DNA from: an uncultured Methanosarcinales archaeon
GTDB lineage: Archaea; Nanobdellota; Nanobdellia; Woesearchaeales; DSVV01
Length of the DNA stretch: 64,000 nt
Direction: 5' to 3'
Assembly (NCBI GenBank): GCA_964385055.1
Contig: CAYLMH010000005.1
Coordinates: 2,801 to 66,800 of the forward strand
Shown: positions 27,539 through 35,677 of the stretch, piece by piece
Layout of the letters: each line of letters begins with the position of its first letter
How positions within the stretch are numbered: position 1 is the first letter of the stretch
Made by a program: the position numbers and the translations under genes
The notes under the pieces: generated by a model
Database searches by the model: none
Seen by the model: the letters and a program-made list of their open reading frames with translations, nothing else
What the model was told of the DNA's origin: nothing

Positions 27539-27823
27539 ATGAAATATGATCTTGAGCTTGAGAAAGCAATCGAAAAAATAAAGGAAACAAACGCAAAACT
27601 TGTTTGTATCCAGCTTCCTGATGGAATTAAACCAAAAGCGCAGGAAATCTGCGATACGCTGCAGAAAGAAACAGGCGCGACAATTCTTATTTGGCAGGGA
27701 AGCTGTTATGGCGCTTGTGATTGGCCGCTGGGAATTGATAAATTAGGTGTCGATCTTCTTATTGCGTGGGGACATTCTGTCTGGAAACACGATACGTTTG
27801 AAGGGATTGCAGTGGATGAGTAG
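27539..27823 (+). CDS. dph2: Diphthamide synthase Dph2, N-terminal fragment (domain 1 only)
   Basis: LVCIQLPDGIKPKAQEI ... GSCYGACD ... LIAWGHS matches the archaeal Dph2 N-terminus, including the first Fe-S Cys. It stops after 94 aa. Confidence 0.7.
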   Translation: MKYDLELEKAIEKIKETNAKLVCIQLPDGIKPKAQEICDTLQKETGATILIWQGSCYGACDWPLGIDKLGVDLLIAWGHSVWKHDTFEGIAVDE

Positions 27824-27837
27824 ATAGGTAGTTTATT

Positions 27838-28533
27838 ATGAGTCTCGAGGATATTCTCTGGAAAACAAAAGCAGTTATTACCACAGCAAAAGAAGATTTG
27901 TGGGATAGACCTGATGAATGGATAAGAAAGCAATATCTAAAGGTCGTAACAGAAGAAAGAGAAGTTTTTCATTATGCGAACATGTTTTTAGAGGGAGGCA
28001 TATATTTAGCAATGATTATTTCTGCACCTTACTATGCGGAGGCACTGAAATATGACCATTCTGCTTTAGTACATTCACACGTATTTGCAGTAAGTTCTAG
28101 CCCTCTTCTGATATTCGAACTCGTTGCAAATCGAATATGTAAACATAATGAACACAGGAGAAACTTCGCTACTCTTGATGAAAAAGAATCAAAATCAAAT
28201 GTTTATATCCCCAAATGGATTCAAAAGACAGAACAAGCAATACGATTTCCATATATAATTGCAACTCTTTTGTATTTTGGAGAACATATGGCTACAGAGA
28301 TCATTACTATTCCAGGAGTAGGCTATTCACTCGCAGGAATAAGTATGGCAGGAGGTATTGTATCCTCGATGTATCTCAAAGACAGAGATCCAAAACAATT
28401 CCAGAAAAGACCATTCTGGGAAAGGGGTTATGATTATGTAAAAGAAAGAGTAGAAGAAATGTTACCACAACCAACGCCTATCCCAATTCCTGTAAGAAGA
28501 TATGCTTCTCTTGAACCAGCTACTTCTTTGTAA
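27838..28533 (+). CDS. Membrane protein (hypothetical)
   Basis: Several hydrophobic segments. Confidence 0.55.
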   Translation: MSLEDILWKTKAVITTAKEDLWDRPDEWIRKQYLKVVTEEREVFHYANMFLEGGIYLAMIISAPYYAEALKYDHSALVHSHVFAVSSSPLLIFELVANRICKHNEHRRNFATLDEKESKSNVYIPKWIQKTEQAIRFPYIIATLLYFGEHMATEIITIPGVGYSLAGISMAGGIVSSMYLKDRDPKQFQKRPFWERGYDYVKERVEEMLPQPTPIPIPVRRYASLEPATSL

Positions 28534-28577
28534 TTTAGAGGGAAAAATTTAAATAGATTCTGACCTATTCTCTTTTT

Positions 28578-28811
28578 ATGACAAACGAAAGAATAGTAAT
28601 TAATCCAGATGTTTTATCTGGCAAACCAATCATCAAGGGAACGAGAATTTCTGTAGAATTCATTCTCGAGTTACTTTCTTCAGGAATGAGTATTGAGGAA
28701 ATTCTAAAAGAATATCCACATCTTACCAAGAAAGATATTCTTGCTGCATTAGAATATGCAACACAACGATTGAAGCATGAAGAAGTCTATTCTATTGAAG
28801 CAGTTGCATAA
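28578..28811 (+). CDS. DUF433-family antitoxin-like protein
   Basis: GKPIIKGTRISVEFILELLSSGMSIEEILKEYPHLTKKDILAALEYA is the typical DUF433 signature. Confidence 0.75.
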   Translation: MTNERIVINPDVLSGKPIIKGTRISVEFILELLSSGMSIEEILKEYPHLTKKDILAALEYATQRLKHEEVYSIEAVA

Positions 28812-28813
28812 TC

Positions 28814-29173
28814 ATGAAATTTCTCACGGATGAAAATATTGCACTCTCAGTATTGAAAGCACTTCGCAAGCAAGGACATAACATTAAAGATGTAAAAGAA
28901 GAGAAACTACAGGGTGCTGCTGACAAGGAACTTCTAAGAATTGCACTTGCTGAAGAATGCATTATCCTAACGCATGATAAAGACTTTGCAAATCTCATTA
29001 CACAGAAGAAAGTAAATGTACCGGGGGTTATTTTGCTTCGTTTTAGAAATCAGAATTCAAAATTTATCATACCTACTCTGCTGAGTGTGCTTCAATCAAA
29101 TCTTCACGAAAAATTCTCTGGAAATCTTGTTATCATCTCTGAAAACAATGTTGTCATCGAAAAACTAAAATAA
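28814..29173 (+). CDS. DUF5615 / Mut7-C PIN-like nuclease (toxin-like partner of DUF433)
   Basis: MKFLTDENI ... ILTHDKDFANL. The gene starts 2 nt after the DUF433 stop. Confidence 0.7.
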   Translation: MKFLTDENIALSVLKALRKQGHNIKDVKEEKLQGAADKELLRIALAEECIILTHDKDFANLITQKKVNVPGVILLRFRNQNSKFIIPTLLSVLQSNLHEKFSGNLVIISENNVVIEKLK

Positions 29174-29216
29174 CACGAACCAAAACTATTTATACTCCTA
29201 TTCTTCAAATAAAACC

Positions 29217-29753
29217 ATGCCAACAGAAACAGAAGTTAAAATCAAGATTGACAATCTTGAAGTCATGAAAGCAAAAATTCTGGAAATGCGTGCAGAGTCA
29301 TTCAAAAAGAGAGTGCTTCAGGTCGACTATGCGTACGATAACAAAAACAAACTGAAGAAGAGCGGAGAATGCCTGAGAATAAGAGATAATGAAATTCTGA
29401 CGTACAAAGGTCCAAAACAAAAAGGATCAAAGATGAAGATTAGAGAAGAAATAGAAGTGATGGTGGATAATGGCAAATATCTTGCGGAAATTCTCGGAAA
29501 GTTAGAGTATTTTCCAACGCAAAGAAAAGAAAAATATAGAGAAGCGTATATTTTTCACCTCACCCAAATTTGCTTAGATGAGACGCCAATGGGGCCATTC
29601 CTCGAGATTGAAGGATCAAAAGAAGGAGTACTCGATATCGCAAAAAGACTCGGATTTAAAGAAAAAGATTTTATCAATCAATCTTATGGAGCGCTTTGGG
29701 AAGAATACGCAAAGAAAAATAAAATCAAAGGAGACATGGTATTTCCTAAGTGA
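29217..29753 (+). CDS. CYTH-domain protein (class IV adenylate cyclase / triphosphatase family)
   Basis: N-terminal ExExK motif TETEVKIKI, about 178 aa. Confidence 0.7.
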   Translation: MPTETEVKIKIDNLEVMKAKILEMRAESFKKRVLQVDYAYDNKNKLKKSGECLRIRDNEILTYKGPKQKGSKMKIREEIEVMVDNGKYLAEILGKLEYFPTQRKEKYREAYIFHLTQICLDETPMGPFLEIEGSKEGVLDIAKRLGFKEKDFINQSYGALWEEYAKKNKIKGDMVFPK

Positions 29754-29780
29754 ATAAAATAAAAACAATAAAGAAAGAAA

Positions 29781-31022
29781 ATGACAACAACAAACAAAGA
29801 TGCTAAAGCAGAGTTCATGATTGAAGCGCCTGTTCTACAAAAATTAAAACCGAAAATTCATGAACTTATAGAACTGCTTAAAAAAACATTGGAAGCAAAG
29901 CAACCAATTCTCATCAGACATCACGCAGACGCAGATGGGTACACCGCAGGAATTGCGTTAGAACGCGCGCTTCTTCCATTAATCGCTGCGCAACATCGAC
30001 GAGAGCGAGATGTTTCATATTATTACCAACGACTTCCCTCACTCACCCCATACTATGCGTATGAAGACGCGACAAAAGATATCCAGACATTTCTGAGAAA
30101 CGCAGAACAGTTTGAAATGAAAGCGCCACTCATCCTGCTTCTCGACTTTGGATCTGGAGGAGAAAGCCTTGCAGCGATCCAGAAAGTAAAAATCTATGGA
30201 GCAACAGTTGCGGTGGTCGATCACCATCCTGCTGATGAGCACATCACGCAGGCAACAGAAGTGCACATCAATCCGCATCTTGTCGGATCAACGTATGATT
30301 TCAGTGCAGGAATGCTCTGCGCAGAGATTGGACACCTTATTTACGAAGAAACAAAAAATACCCCATCCCAACACTTTTATTTTATTGCAGCAGTGTCAGG
30401 AACAGCAGACAAAGTCACGAGTGAAGAATACAAAAAGTACATGGCAATGGCTAGCCATCATGGTTTTGCGAAGGAGTTTGTCCACAAAGTTGCGAGTGCG
30501 TTGGATTATGAAGCGCATATTCTTGGCCCAACATCAGGAAGAGAAATTGTGCAGGATATTTTGGGAAGAGATGAAAAGAAACAGCACAAACTATTAGCGC
30601 TTGCGGAAAAGCAGTTGGACAAATTGTTTACCGCGCAACTAAGCGCTTGTCTTACATTCGCAGAAGTTGTCGAGAAGAAGCATTTCCTCTTTGTGAAAGT
30701 GCCTATTGAACAATTAAGCACGAGCAGAAACGCGTATCCCCCGCGAGGAAAATCAATAGGGTTAGTGAGTCAGCATTTTGCAGACCAAAACAAAAAAGCG
30801 CTCATCGTTGGAATTGGATCATCATCATTCAATTTCCGTTGTAATAAAGAGATAAAAGATTTTGATGTGAACGAATTTATCGCAATTTGTAAAAAAAAGT
30901 TTCCCTACGCGCAAGTTTCTGGTGGAGGCCATAAACAGGCAGGTTCTATTATTTTCGTCGCAGCAGCGTATAAAGAGATGTATGATACATTGGAAGAGTA
31001 TGTCAATGCGTTGGAAAAGTAA
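29781..31022 (+). CDS. DHH/DHHA1 phosphoesterase (RecJ/NrnA-like)
   Basis: Motifs HHADADGYTAG, VVDHHP and GGGHKQAG. Confidence 0.75.
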   Translation: MTTTNKDAKAEFMIEAPVLQKLKPKIHELIELLKKTLEAKQPILIRHHADADGYTAGIALERALLPLIAAQHRRERDVSYYYQRLPSLTPYYAYEDATKDIQTFLRNAEQFEMKAPLILLLDFGSGGESLAAIQKVKIYGATVAVVDHHPADEHITQATEVHINPHLVGSTYDFSAGMLCAEIGHLIYEETKNTPSQHFYFIAAVSGTADKVTSEEYKKYMAMASHHGFAKEFVHKVASALDYEAHILGPTSGREIVQDILGRDEKKQHKLLALAEKQLDKLFTAQLSACLTFAEVVEKKHFLFVKVPIEQLSTSRNAYPPRGKSIGLVSQHFADQNKKALIVGIGSSSFNFRCNKEIKDFDVNEFIAICKKKFPYAQVSGGGHKQAGSIIFVAAAYKEMYDTLEEYVNALEK

Positions 31023-31054
31023 AAACAGACACAAACCAATTCTCAAAGCGCCAA

Positions 31055-31107
31055 ACACACAAAAGAATCGCCCTCCTGTCTTTTTGAATCCCTAAACTTT
31101 TTTTAAT
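31055..31107 (+). repeat. Hairpin-less variant of the intergenic module
   Basis: ACACACAAAAGAATCGCC ... TTTTTGAATCCCTAAACTTTTTTT. The 5' part aligns with copy 5 (CCACACACAATCGC..TTGAAT). Confidence 0.5.
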
Positions 31108-31141
31108 TTAGAGTGAGAATAGAAATTCATAAAATAAGAGA

Positions 31142-31660
31142 TCATACTAATCCAAAGAACCATGTAATTCCATAAACAAGCACCGTCATAAAAATAAATC
31201 CTGAAAATTCTTGTGCGATGAATATACAGTTTCTCCAAAAACTCATCTTTCCAAAAGAAGAAGCAAACGAAAGGATGAACAAAGTTATTGTGAGAAGAAA
31301 AAATGAAAGCGTAAGAAAAAATGCATCCTTATCCGCACTCGCCAGAAAGAGCGTCAGTGGAGAAATATACACAAATCCACGAGAAATATCGTCTTTCTGT
31401 TCCTTTGTTCTCCAAAAAAGAAAAACATAAACCAAGAAAAGGACACAGAAAGGAAGTATTTTTTTGAAATTAGAGAAATAAAGAAAAAAGAGGACAGGAA
31501 CTAAAAGAGTGATAAATGGAAAAAGAGCAATCAAAAAATCAATTTTTTTTTTATAGAGAGGGATCTCTTCTTGTGCAAGGACAGACAAGAAAGAACCACT
31601 AAGCACTCCAAGCAGCAGCGAACTTATTTGCAACAAGAAATTCTGTAAAATGAGATTCAT
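31142..31660 (-). CDS. Integral membrane protein (hypothetical)
   Basis: Five or six hydrophobic segments. Confidence 0.55.
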   Translation of the reverse strand: MNLILQNFLLQISSLLLGVLSGSFLSVLAQEEIPLYKKKIDFLIALFPFITLLVPVLFFLYFSNFKKILPFCVLFLVYVFLFWRTKEQKDDISRGFVYISPLTLFLASADKDAFFLTLSFFLLTITLFILSFASSFGKMSFWRNCIFIAQEFSGFIFMTVLVYGITWFFGLV

Positions 31661-31710
31661 GGAATACGTACCTCGCTACAAATGAAAGAAAAGAAAAAAC
31701 AAAGAAAAAA

Positions 31711-32121
31711 CTAAAATGTTTCTTTCTTCATCAATGCGCTTTCAACGCTGAATTCTCCATTGCCGTAGACAAGGACAACGAGGAATGCACCAAAAAAGAG
31801 TAACGCAAGCTCTCCGCCATTTGCAAGGGGACTCATTCCATTCGGAAAGTGTACCATAAAATATGCAACGAGCATTTCAACAACACCAACAAGTGCTGCA
31901 AGTCGCGTGAAGAGACCAAGAATCAATGCAACGCCAATCGCGAGTTCAAGAACACCTGCAACACCCATCATGCTTGCAAGATCTATTGCTGTACCGCCAG
32001 GGATCCCAAACTTCATGAGACCGTGCATGAGGAACAATACCCCAAACACCAGTCGAAATAATAAATACAAAACACCTTTTCCTTTATCTGTATACGTTTC
32101 TAATAAACTCATCAAAACCAC
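31711..32121 (-). CDS. DoxX-family membrane protein
   Basis: LLFRLVFGVLFLMHGLMKF and four TM segments are typical of DoxX. Confidence 0.65.
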   Translation of the reverse strand: MVLMSLLETYTDKGKGVLYLLFRLVFGVLFLMHGLMKFGIPGGTAIDLASMMGVAGVLELAIGVALILGLFTRLAALVGVVEMLVAYFMVHFPNGMSPLANGGELALLFFGAFLVVLVYGNGEFSVESALMKKETF

Positions 32122-32189
32122 CCCGGTTTCTTATTTTCTTTTTTAATCTCTCAAAATCTAAGATAATGAAAGGAACACATAATGAAACA

Positions 32190-32693
32190 CTAATAATACC
32201 GCTGCATATTCAAATACGCTTTAAGCATATTGTACAAGTGCATGGTATCTTCTGCGACGAGAGAGTAAAACTTGTCTGTATTAATTTTGTAAATGTATTG
32301 ATCAAAAACAGCGCGCATAAAGAAGATAATAGGCTTTCCTTCCCACTTTCCTTCCCAATCTGTTTCAAGGTAGCCGTTAAAAGTAATCGCGACTTTTCCC
32401 TGCTGCATATTAACGCGGTGGTTGTCCTTCATAACCACAACATCCTTAATATTGGTAAAAAGAAAGACAATTTTCATAACTTCCTTTGCGTAATCGTTAA
32501 TTTTTTTCCATGGCTCAATTTCAATTTCTATTTGACGACCTTCTTTAAGGACCTGCTCAAAATTCTTTTTTTCAAATTTGTCGAATCCTTTTTCTCGAAA
32601 CCATTTATCCATTACTCTGTAGAACTCATTGACATCAACTAATCCTTGATAGTTTAATCGCAAGGTATCGACAACAATTCTTCGTTCAACCAT
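32190..32693 (-). CDS. Hypothetical protein, paralog of 32757-33338
   Basis: Shares L.Y.G..D.NE.Y..... W....G (LNYQGLVDVNEFYRVMDKWFREKGF) and overall size with its neighbour. Confidence 0.6.
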   Translation of the reverse strand: MVERRIVVDTLRLNYQGLVDVNEFYRVMDKWFREKGFDKFEKKNFEQVLKEGRQIEIEIEPWKKINDYAKEVMKIVFLFTNIKDVVVMKDNHRVNMQQGKVAITFNGYLETDWEGKWEGKPIIFFMRAVFDQYIYKINTDKFYSLVAEDTMHLYNMLKAYLNMQRYY

Positions 32694-32756
32694 TTTAGGT
32701 AGTTTTAAGAGGTTTCTTTATATAAAGCTTTTGGAGAGCCTGCTTTGAAAAAGAAT

Positions 32757-33338
32757 TTACCAGACATCGTAATGTTCGTTTCCTTTCGTCATAAAGTTCA
32801 ACGTTTCTTTGATAATGTTCATGAGTTCATAAGACTTAAAACGAAGCTTATCTTCCCAAAGCGAGTCAATTTTTTTCTTCCACATGTGCGTCGTGAGGAA
32901 AGACATCATGGTTTTGTGAAGTTTGTTCCTTCCCATACGTTCTGCAAAATCAAACTCTAAACCAGGAGTAATTCGAATAAGAATAAGCCCTCTTTGCAGC
33001 TTTTTTGTTTGACCGTCTTTGACGACCTCAATATCCATCACATCTTGAAACTGAAAGTGAATATTTATCCAATACATAACAAATTCAGTCACCTTTCTGT
33101 GCGCGTTCCAGTCAAAAGAACGTTCTTTGCCGCCTGTTTGCAGCATAATACTTTTGTATTTGGATTCGTGCACTTGATATCCTCTCGAAATAAGCCAGTC
33201 ATGAACAATCTTGTACAGTTCGTTAATATCAAAGACTCCTTTATAGCGAAGAACCTGAGAAAGCGTGTCATCTTTTGCGCCACCGATCTGCCCTTTATCA
33301 AAGCCAGGAGATCGGAGAAATCCTTCCATGCCTGCCAT
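32757..33338 (-). CDS. Hypothetical protein, paralog of 32190-32693
   Basis: LRYKGVFDINELYKIVHDWLISRGY. ATG at 33338 lies about 27 nt downstream of CCTTTATATCC on the minus strand. The ORF track extends to 33416. Confidence 0.6.
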   Translation of the reverse strand: MAGMEGFLRSPGFDKGQIGGAKDDTLSQVLRYKGVFDINELYKIVHDWLISRGYQVHESKYKSIMLQTGGKERSFDWNAHRKVTEFVMYWINIHFQFQDVMDIEVVKDGQTKKLQRGLILIRITPGLEFDFAERMGRNKLHKTMMSFLTTHMWKKKIDSLWEDKLRFKSYELMNIIKETLNFMTKGNEHYDVW

Positions 33339-33418
33339 AAACGAATTTCTGGATGATGATGGATATAAAGGTTTCTGAAACAATAGTAACACAAACAGAA
33401 AATTATGAAACTGCAAAA

Positions 33419-33650
33419 AACAACAACAATGGCACAGACGGTCTTGTCGCTTTGCTCCAAGCCCTACTCCGCGAACGAGAACACCTCACTTCGTAAGGCA
33501 ACCTCGTTCGCTCCGTCTGGCCATGTTGTTTTTTGCTTCTTCAAACCCGCCGCTGGCGCACGACGCGACGGGGGACGCCCCACCGGGGTGTCGCGTAGGA
33601 CGTGGAACGAAGTGACACGGCCGTCGTGCCGCCTGCTGCGGCGGGTGGTT
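33419..33650. ncRNA. Candidate structured ncRNA, unassigned (two closed helical domains)
   Basis: GC-rich island between two divergent promoters. Domain 1 is 33419-33534: a long terminal stem with an inner perfect 9-bp GCGAACGAG/CTCGTTCGC. Domain 2 is 33545-33646: ACCCGCCGC/GCGGCGGGT and GGCGCACGACG/CGTCGTGCCGCC enclosing two hairpins. Confidence 0.5.
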
Positions 33651-33684
33651 CAAAAGTATTAACGAATAAGGACACTATTTTACA

Positions 33685-33697
33685 ATAAATATAAAAG
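33685..33697 (+). promoter_or_regulatory. TATA box of hisS (near-leaderless)
   Basis: ATAAATATAAAAG is centred about 29 nt upstream of ATG 33720. Confidence 0.5.
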
Positions 33698-33719
33698 CAA
33701 GCGACGCATAACAATATTC

Positions 33720-35036
33720 ATGACCAAACTCACCCTCCTCAACGCAAAAGGAACACGAGACTTTCCCCCTGAAGAACAAATTCTCAGAAGTAAAATTCAA
33801 AACATCCTAGTAGAGACATTCGAACTTTATGGATTCTCCCCATTGGAAACACCAGTTCTTGAACGATTTGACATTCTTTCCAGCAAATATGCAGGAGGAG
33901 CAGAAATTCTTAAAGAAACCTTCAAACTCACGGATCAAGGGAAAAGAGAACTCGCGCTACGATATGATCTTACTGTTCCATTATGCAGATTTATTGGCAT
34001 GACTCCTTCAATCAAATTTCCGTTCAAACGCTATCAAATCGGAACAGTCTACAGAGATGGCCCTGTTGCGTCAGATCGTTTAAGAGTCTTCACCCAATGC
34101 GACGTGGATATTGTTGGCGCGAAAAGCATGGCAGCAGACGCAGAGTGCATCAAGCTCGCGGAATTTGTATTCAAAAAACTCAAAATCAAAGCAACCCTTG
34201 AACTGAATAATAGAAAATTCCTTGACGGATTATTAGAAGATCTTGATGTTCCTGAAGCAAAGTGGGTAGACTGCATTCTTGTCATTGATAAAATGAAAAA
34301 GATTGAGCAGAAACAAATGGAAGAAGAACTCAAACAAGTTGGTCTTGAAAAAGAGCAGATCAGCAGACTTCTCAAAATTCTAAAAGAAACAAAAGGAACA
34401 AATGAAGAAAAGATAAAAGCGCTCAAGAAACAACTCAAGGGCAAGCAAAGCAATGAAGGGCTTGCGGAGATAGAACAAGTTCTTGCAGCAATTCCTGACG
34501 CAGACAAAAGAAATATTTTATTCATGCCAACATTAGCGCGAGGTCTTGCATACTACACAGGAACGGTCTATGAAGCAGTGCCAATGGACAGCGACATTCA
34601 TTCTTCAATCGCCTCTGGTGGCAGATATGACAAAATGATCGGACAATTTTTAGGAACAAAACTCGAATATCCTGCAGTAGGCATGAGCTTTGGGTTGGAC
34701 CGATTATATATCATCCTTGAAGCACGAGAAAAAGATAAAATAAAAACAATTACAGAAGTGCTCGTTATTCCTATTAACGCGAAGAAAGAAGCAGAAGAGC
34801 TTGCACGAAAACTTCGGGAAGCTGGCATAAAGACAGAAACAGATATCATGGAACGCGGTCCTTCAAAAAATTTGCAGTATGCGGATTCTTTAAAAATTCC
34901 TTTTGTCCTGTTTGTAGGAGAAGAGGAAGTGAAGGCAAAAAAGTTCAAACTCAAAGAGATGAGTAGTGGAAAAGAGTATAGCGAAACTGTTGATGGGATT
35001 GTTGAGAAGATTAAAGAGCGCAGAAAAGAAGAGTAA
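33720..35036 (+). CDS. hisS: Histidyl-tRNA synthetase
   Basis: GTRDFPPEE, class II motif 2 (RYDLTVPLCRF..FKRYQIGTVYRDGP) and motif 3 (GMSFGLDRL). Confidence 0.9.
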   Translation: MTKLTLLNAKGTRDFPPEEQILRSKIQNILVETFELYGFSPLETPVLERFDILSSKYAGGAEILKETFKLTDQGKRELALRYDLTVPLCRFIGMTPSIKFPFKRYQIGTVYRDGPVASDRLRVFTQCDVDIVGAKSMAADAECIKLAEFVFKKLKIKATLELNNRKFLDGLLEDLDVPEAKWVDCILVIDKMKKIEQKQMEEELKQVGLEKEQISRLLKILKETKGTNEEKIKALKKQLKGKQSNEGLAEIEQVLAAIPDADKRNILFMPTLARGLAYYTGTVYEAVPMDSDIHSSIASGGRYDKMIGQFLGTKLEYPAVGMSFGLDRLYIILEAREKDKIKTITEVLVIPINAKKEAEELARKLREAGIKTETDIMERGPSKNLQYADSLKIPFVLFVGEEEVKAKKFKLKEMSSGKEYSETVDGIVEKIKERRKEE

Positions 35037-35182
35037 ATAGGTTTTATAAGACTAAAGAGCAGTGACTCTCTTTTCCAGAACAGAGTTCCACAAAGCTCAT
35101 AAATCTATAAGTTCTTAATTTTTATAAGGATAAAGTATAAATCATTCCTTGACTATATATCTAAAAGGGGGTAGTAAAGAAT

Positions 35183-35626
35183 ATGTCCACACAAATCAAA
35201 GATCTGATTAAGCCAATACCAATGGTGCCATACTCTATGAATATAGCTGGCATAGCAGTAACAATGGACTTGAATAAGACTCATTGTGTTCTTGTTGAGC
35301 ATGTCGATGGATCAATGGGAATTATCGCAGAAAAGGATATTATTCGAAAAGTAGTTGCGCGATGCAGAGATCCTTCGAAGATTAAAGCATATGAAATTAT
35401 GACGCAGCCTTTAGTAACAGCAGATGGAGAAACAGACATCAAGGATGCGATTGAGATTATGCGAAAATGCAATGTCCGAAATCTGATTGTCACGAGTGGA
35501 GAGAAAATTCTTGGAGTGGTCAAGCGAACCACTATTCTCAACAGCATTAAGTTTGAAGAAGAAGAGAATTGGACAGCAGAAGTGCCAATGCCGCAAGCTA
35601 CTCCAACAAGAGAGTTAGGACTATAA
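35183..35626 (+). CDS. CBS-domain pair protein
   Basis: Two CBS-like units (GIIAEKDIIRKV; ILGVVKRTTILNSI). Confidence 0.6.
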   Translation: MSTQIKDLIKPIPMVPYSMNIAGIAVTMDLNKTHCVLVEHVDGSMGIIAEKDIIRKVVARCRDPSKIKAYEIMTQPLVTADGETDIKDAIEIMRKCNVRNLIVTSGEKILGVVKRTTILNSIKFEEEENWTAEVPMPQATPTRELGL

Positions 35627-35677
35627 ACATCATCCTCAGAACAAAAGTATAAATACTTCAACAAATAGAATTCTCTC

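Noticed and set aside
33419-33534. Possible divergent 5S rRNA (about 115 nt, paired ends, CCGCGAAC resembling the 5S CCGAAC loop)
   Set aside because: The fold is one long stem with an inner hairpin, not the three-way junction of 5S rRNA. The loop E and helix IV/V motifs were not found.
33545-33650. Calling domain 2 the SRP RNA S-domain
   Set aside because: The topology fits, but the helix-8 consensus (GGAA tetraloop closed by a stable stem, plus the AGCA loop) is not reproduced. This is left as a hypothesis to test with a covariance model rather than an annotation.
33405-33662. 85-aa ORF (Arg/Pro/Gly-rich)
   Set aside because: Same situation as above. It coincides with the structured element between two promoters, so an RNA or DNA structure is the better explanation.
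33419-33719. T-box-like or other tRNA-sensing leader controlling hisS (and the analogous island before argS)
   Set aside because: GGGTGGT at 33643-33649 resembles the T-box core. However, the rest of the T-box (ACCGCG), a specifier loop, a K-turn and a terminator/antiterminator alternative are absent. Both aaRS genes have their own TATA box 27-29 nt before the ATG, between the island and the gene, so the islands are not in the mRNA leaders. The strand of the argS-proximal island is also unresolved.
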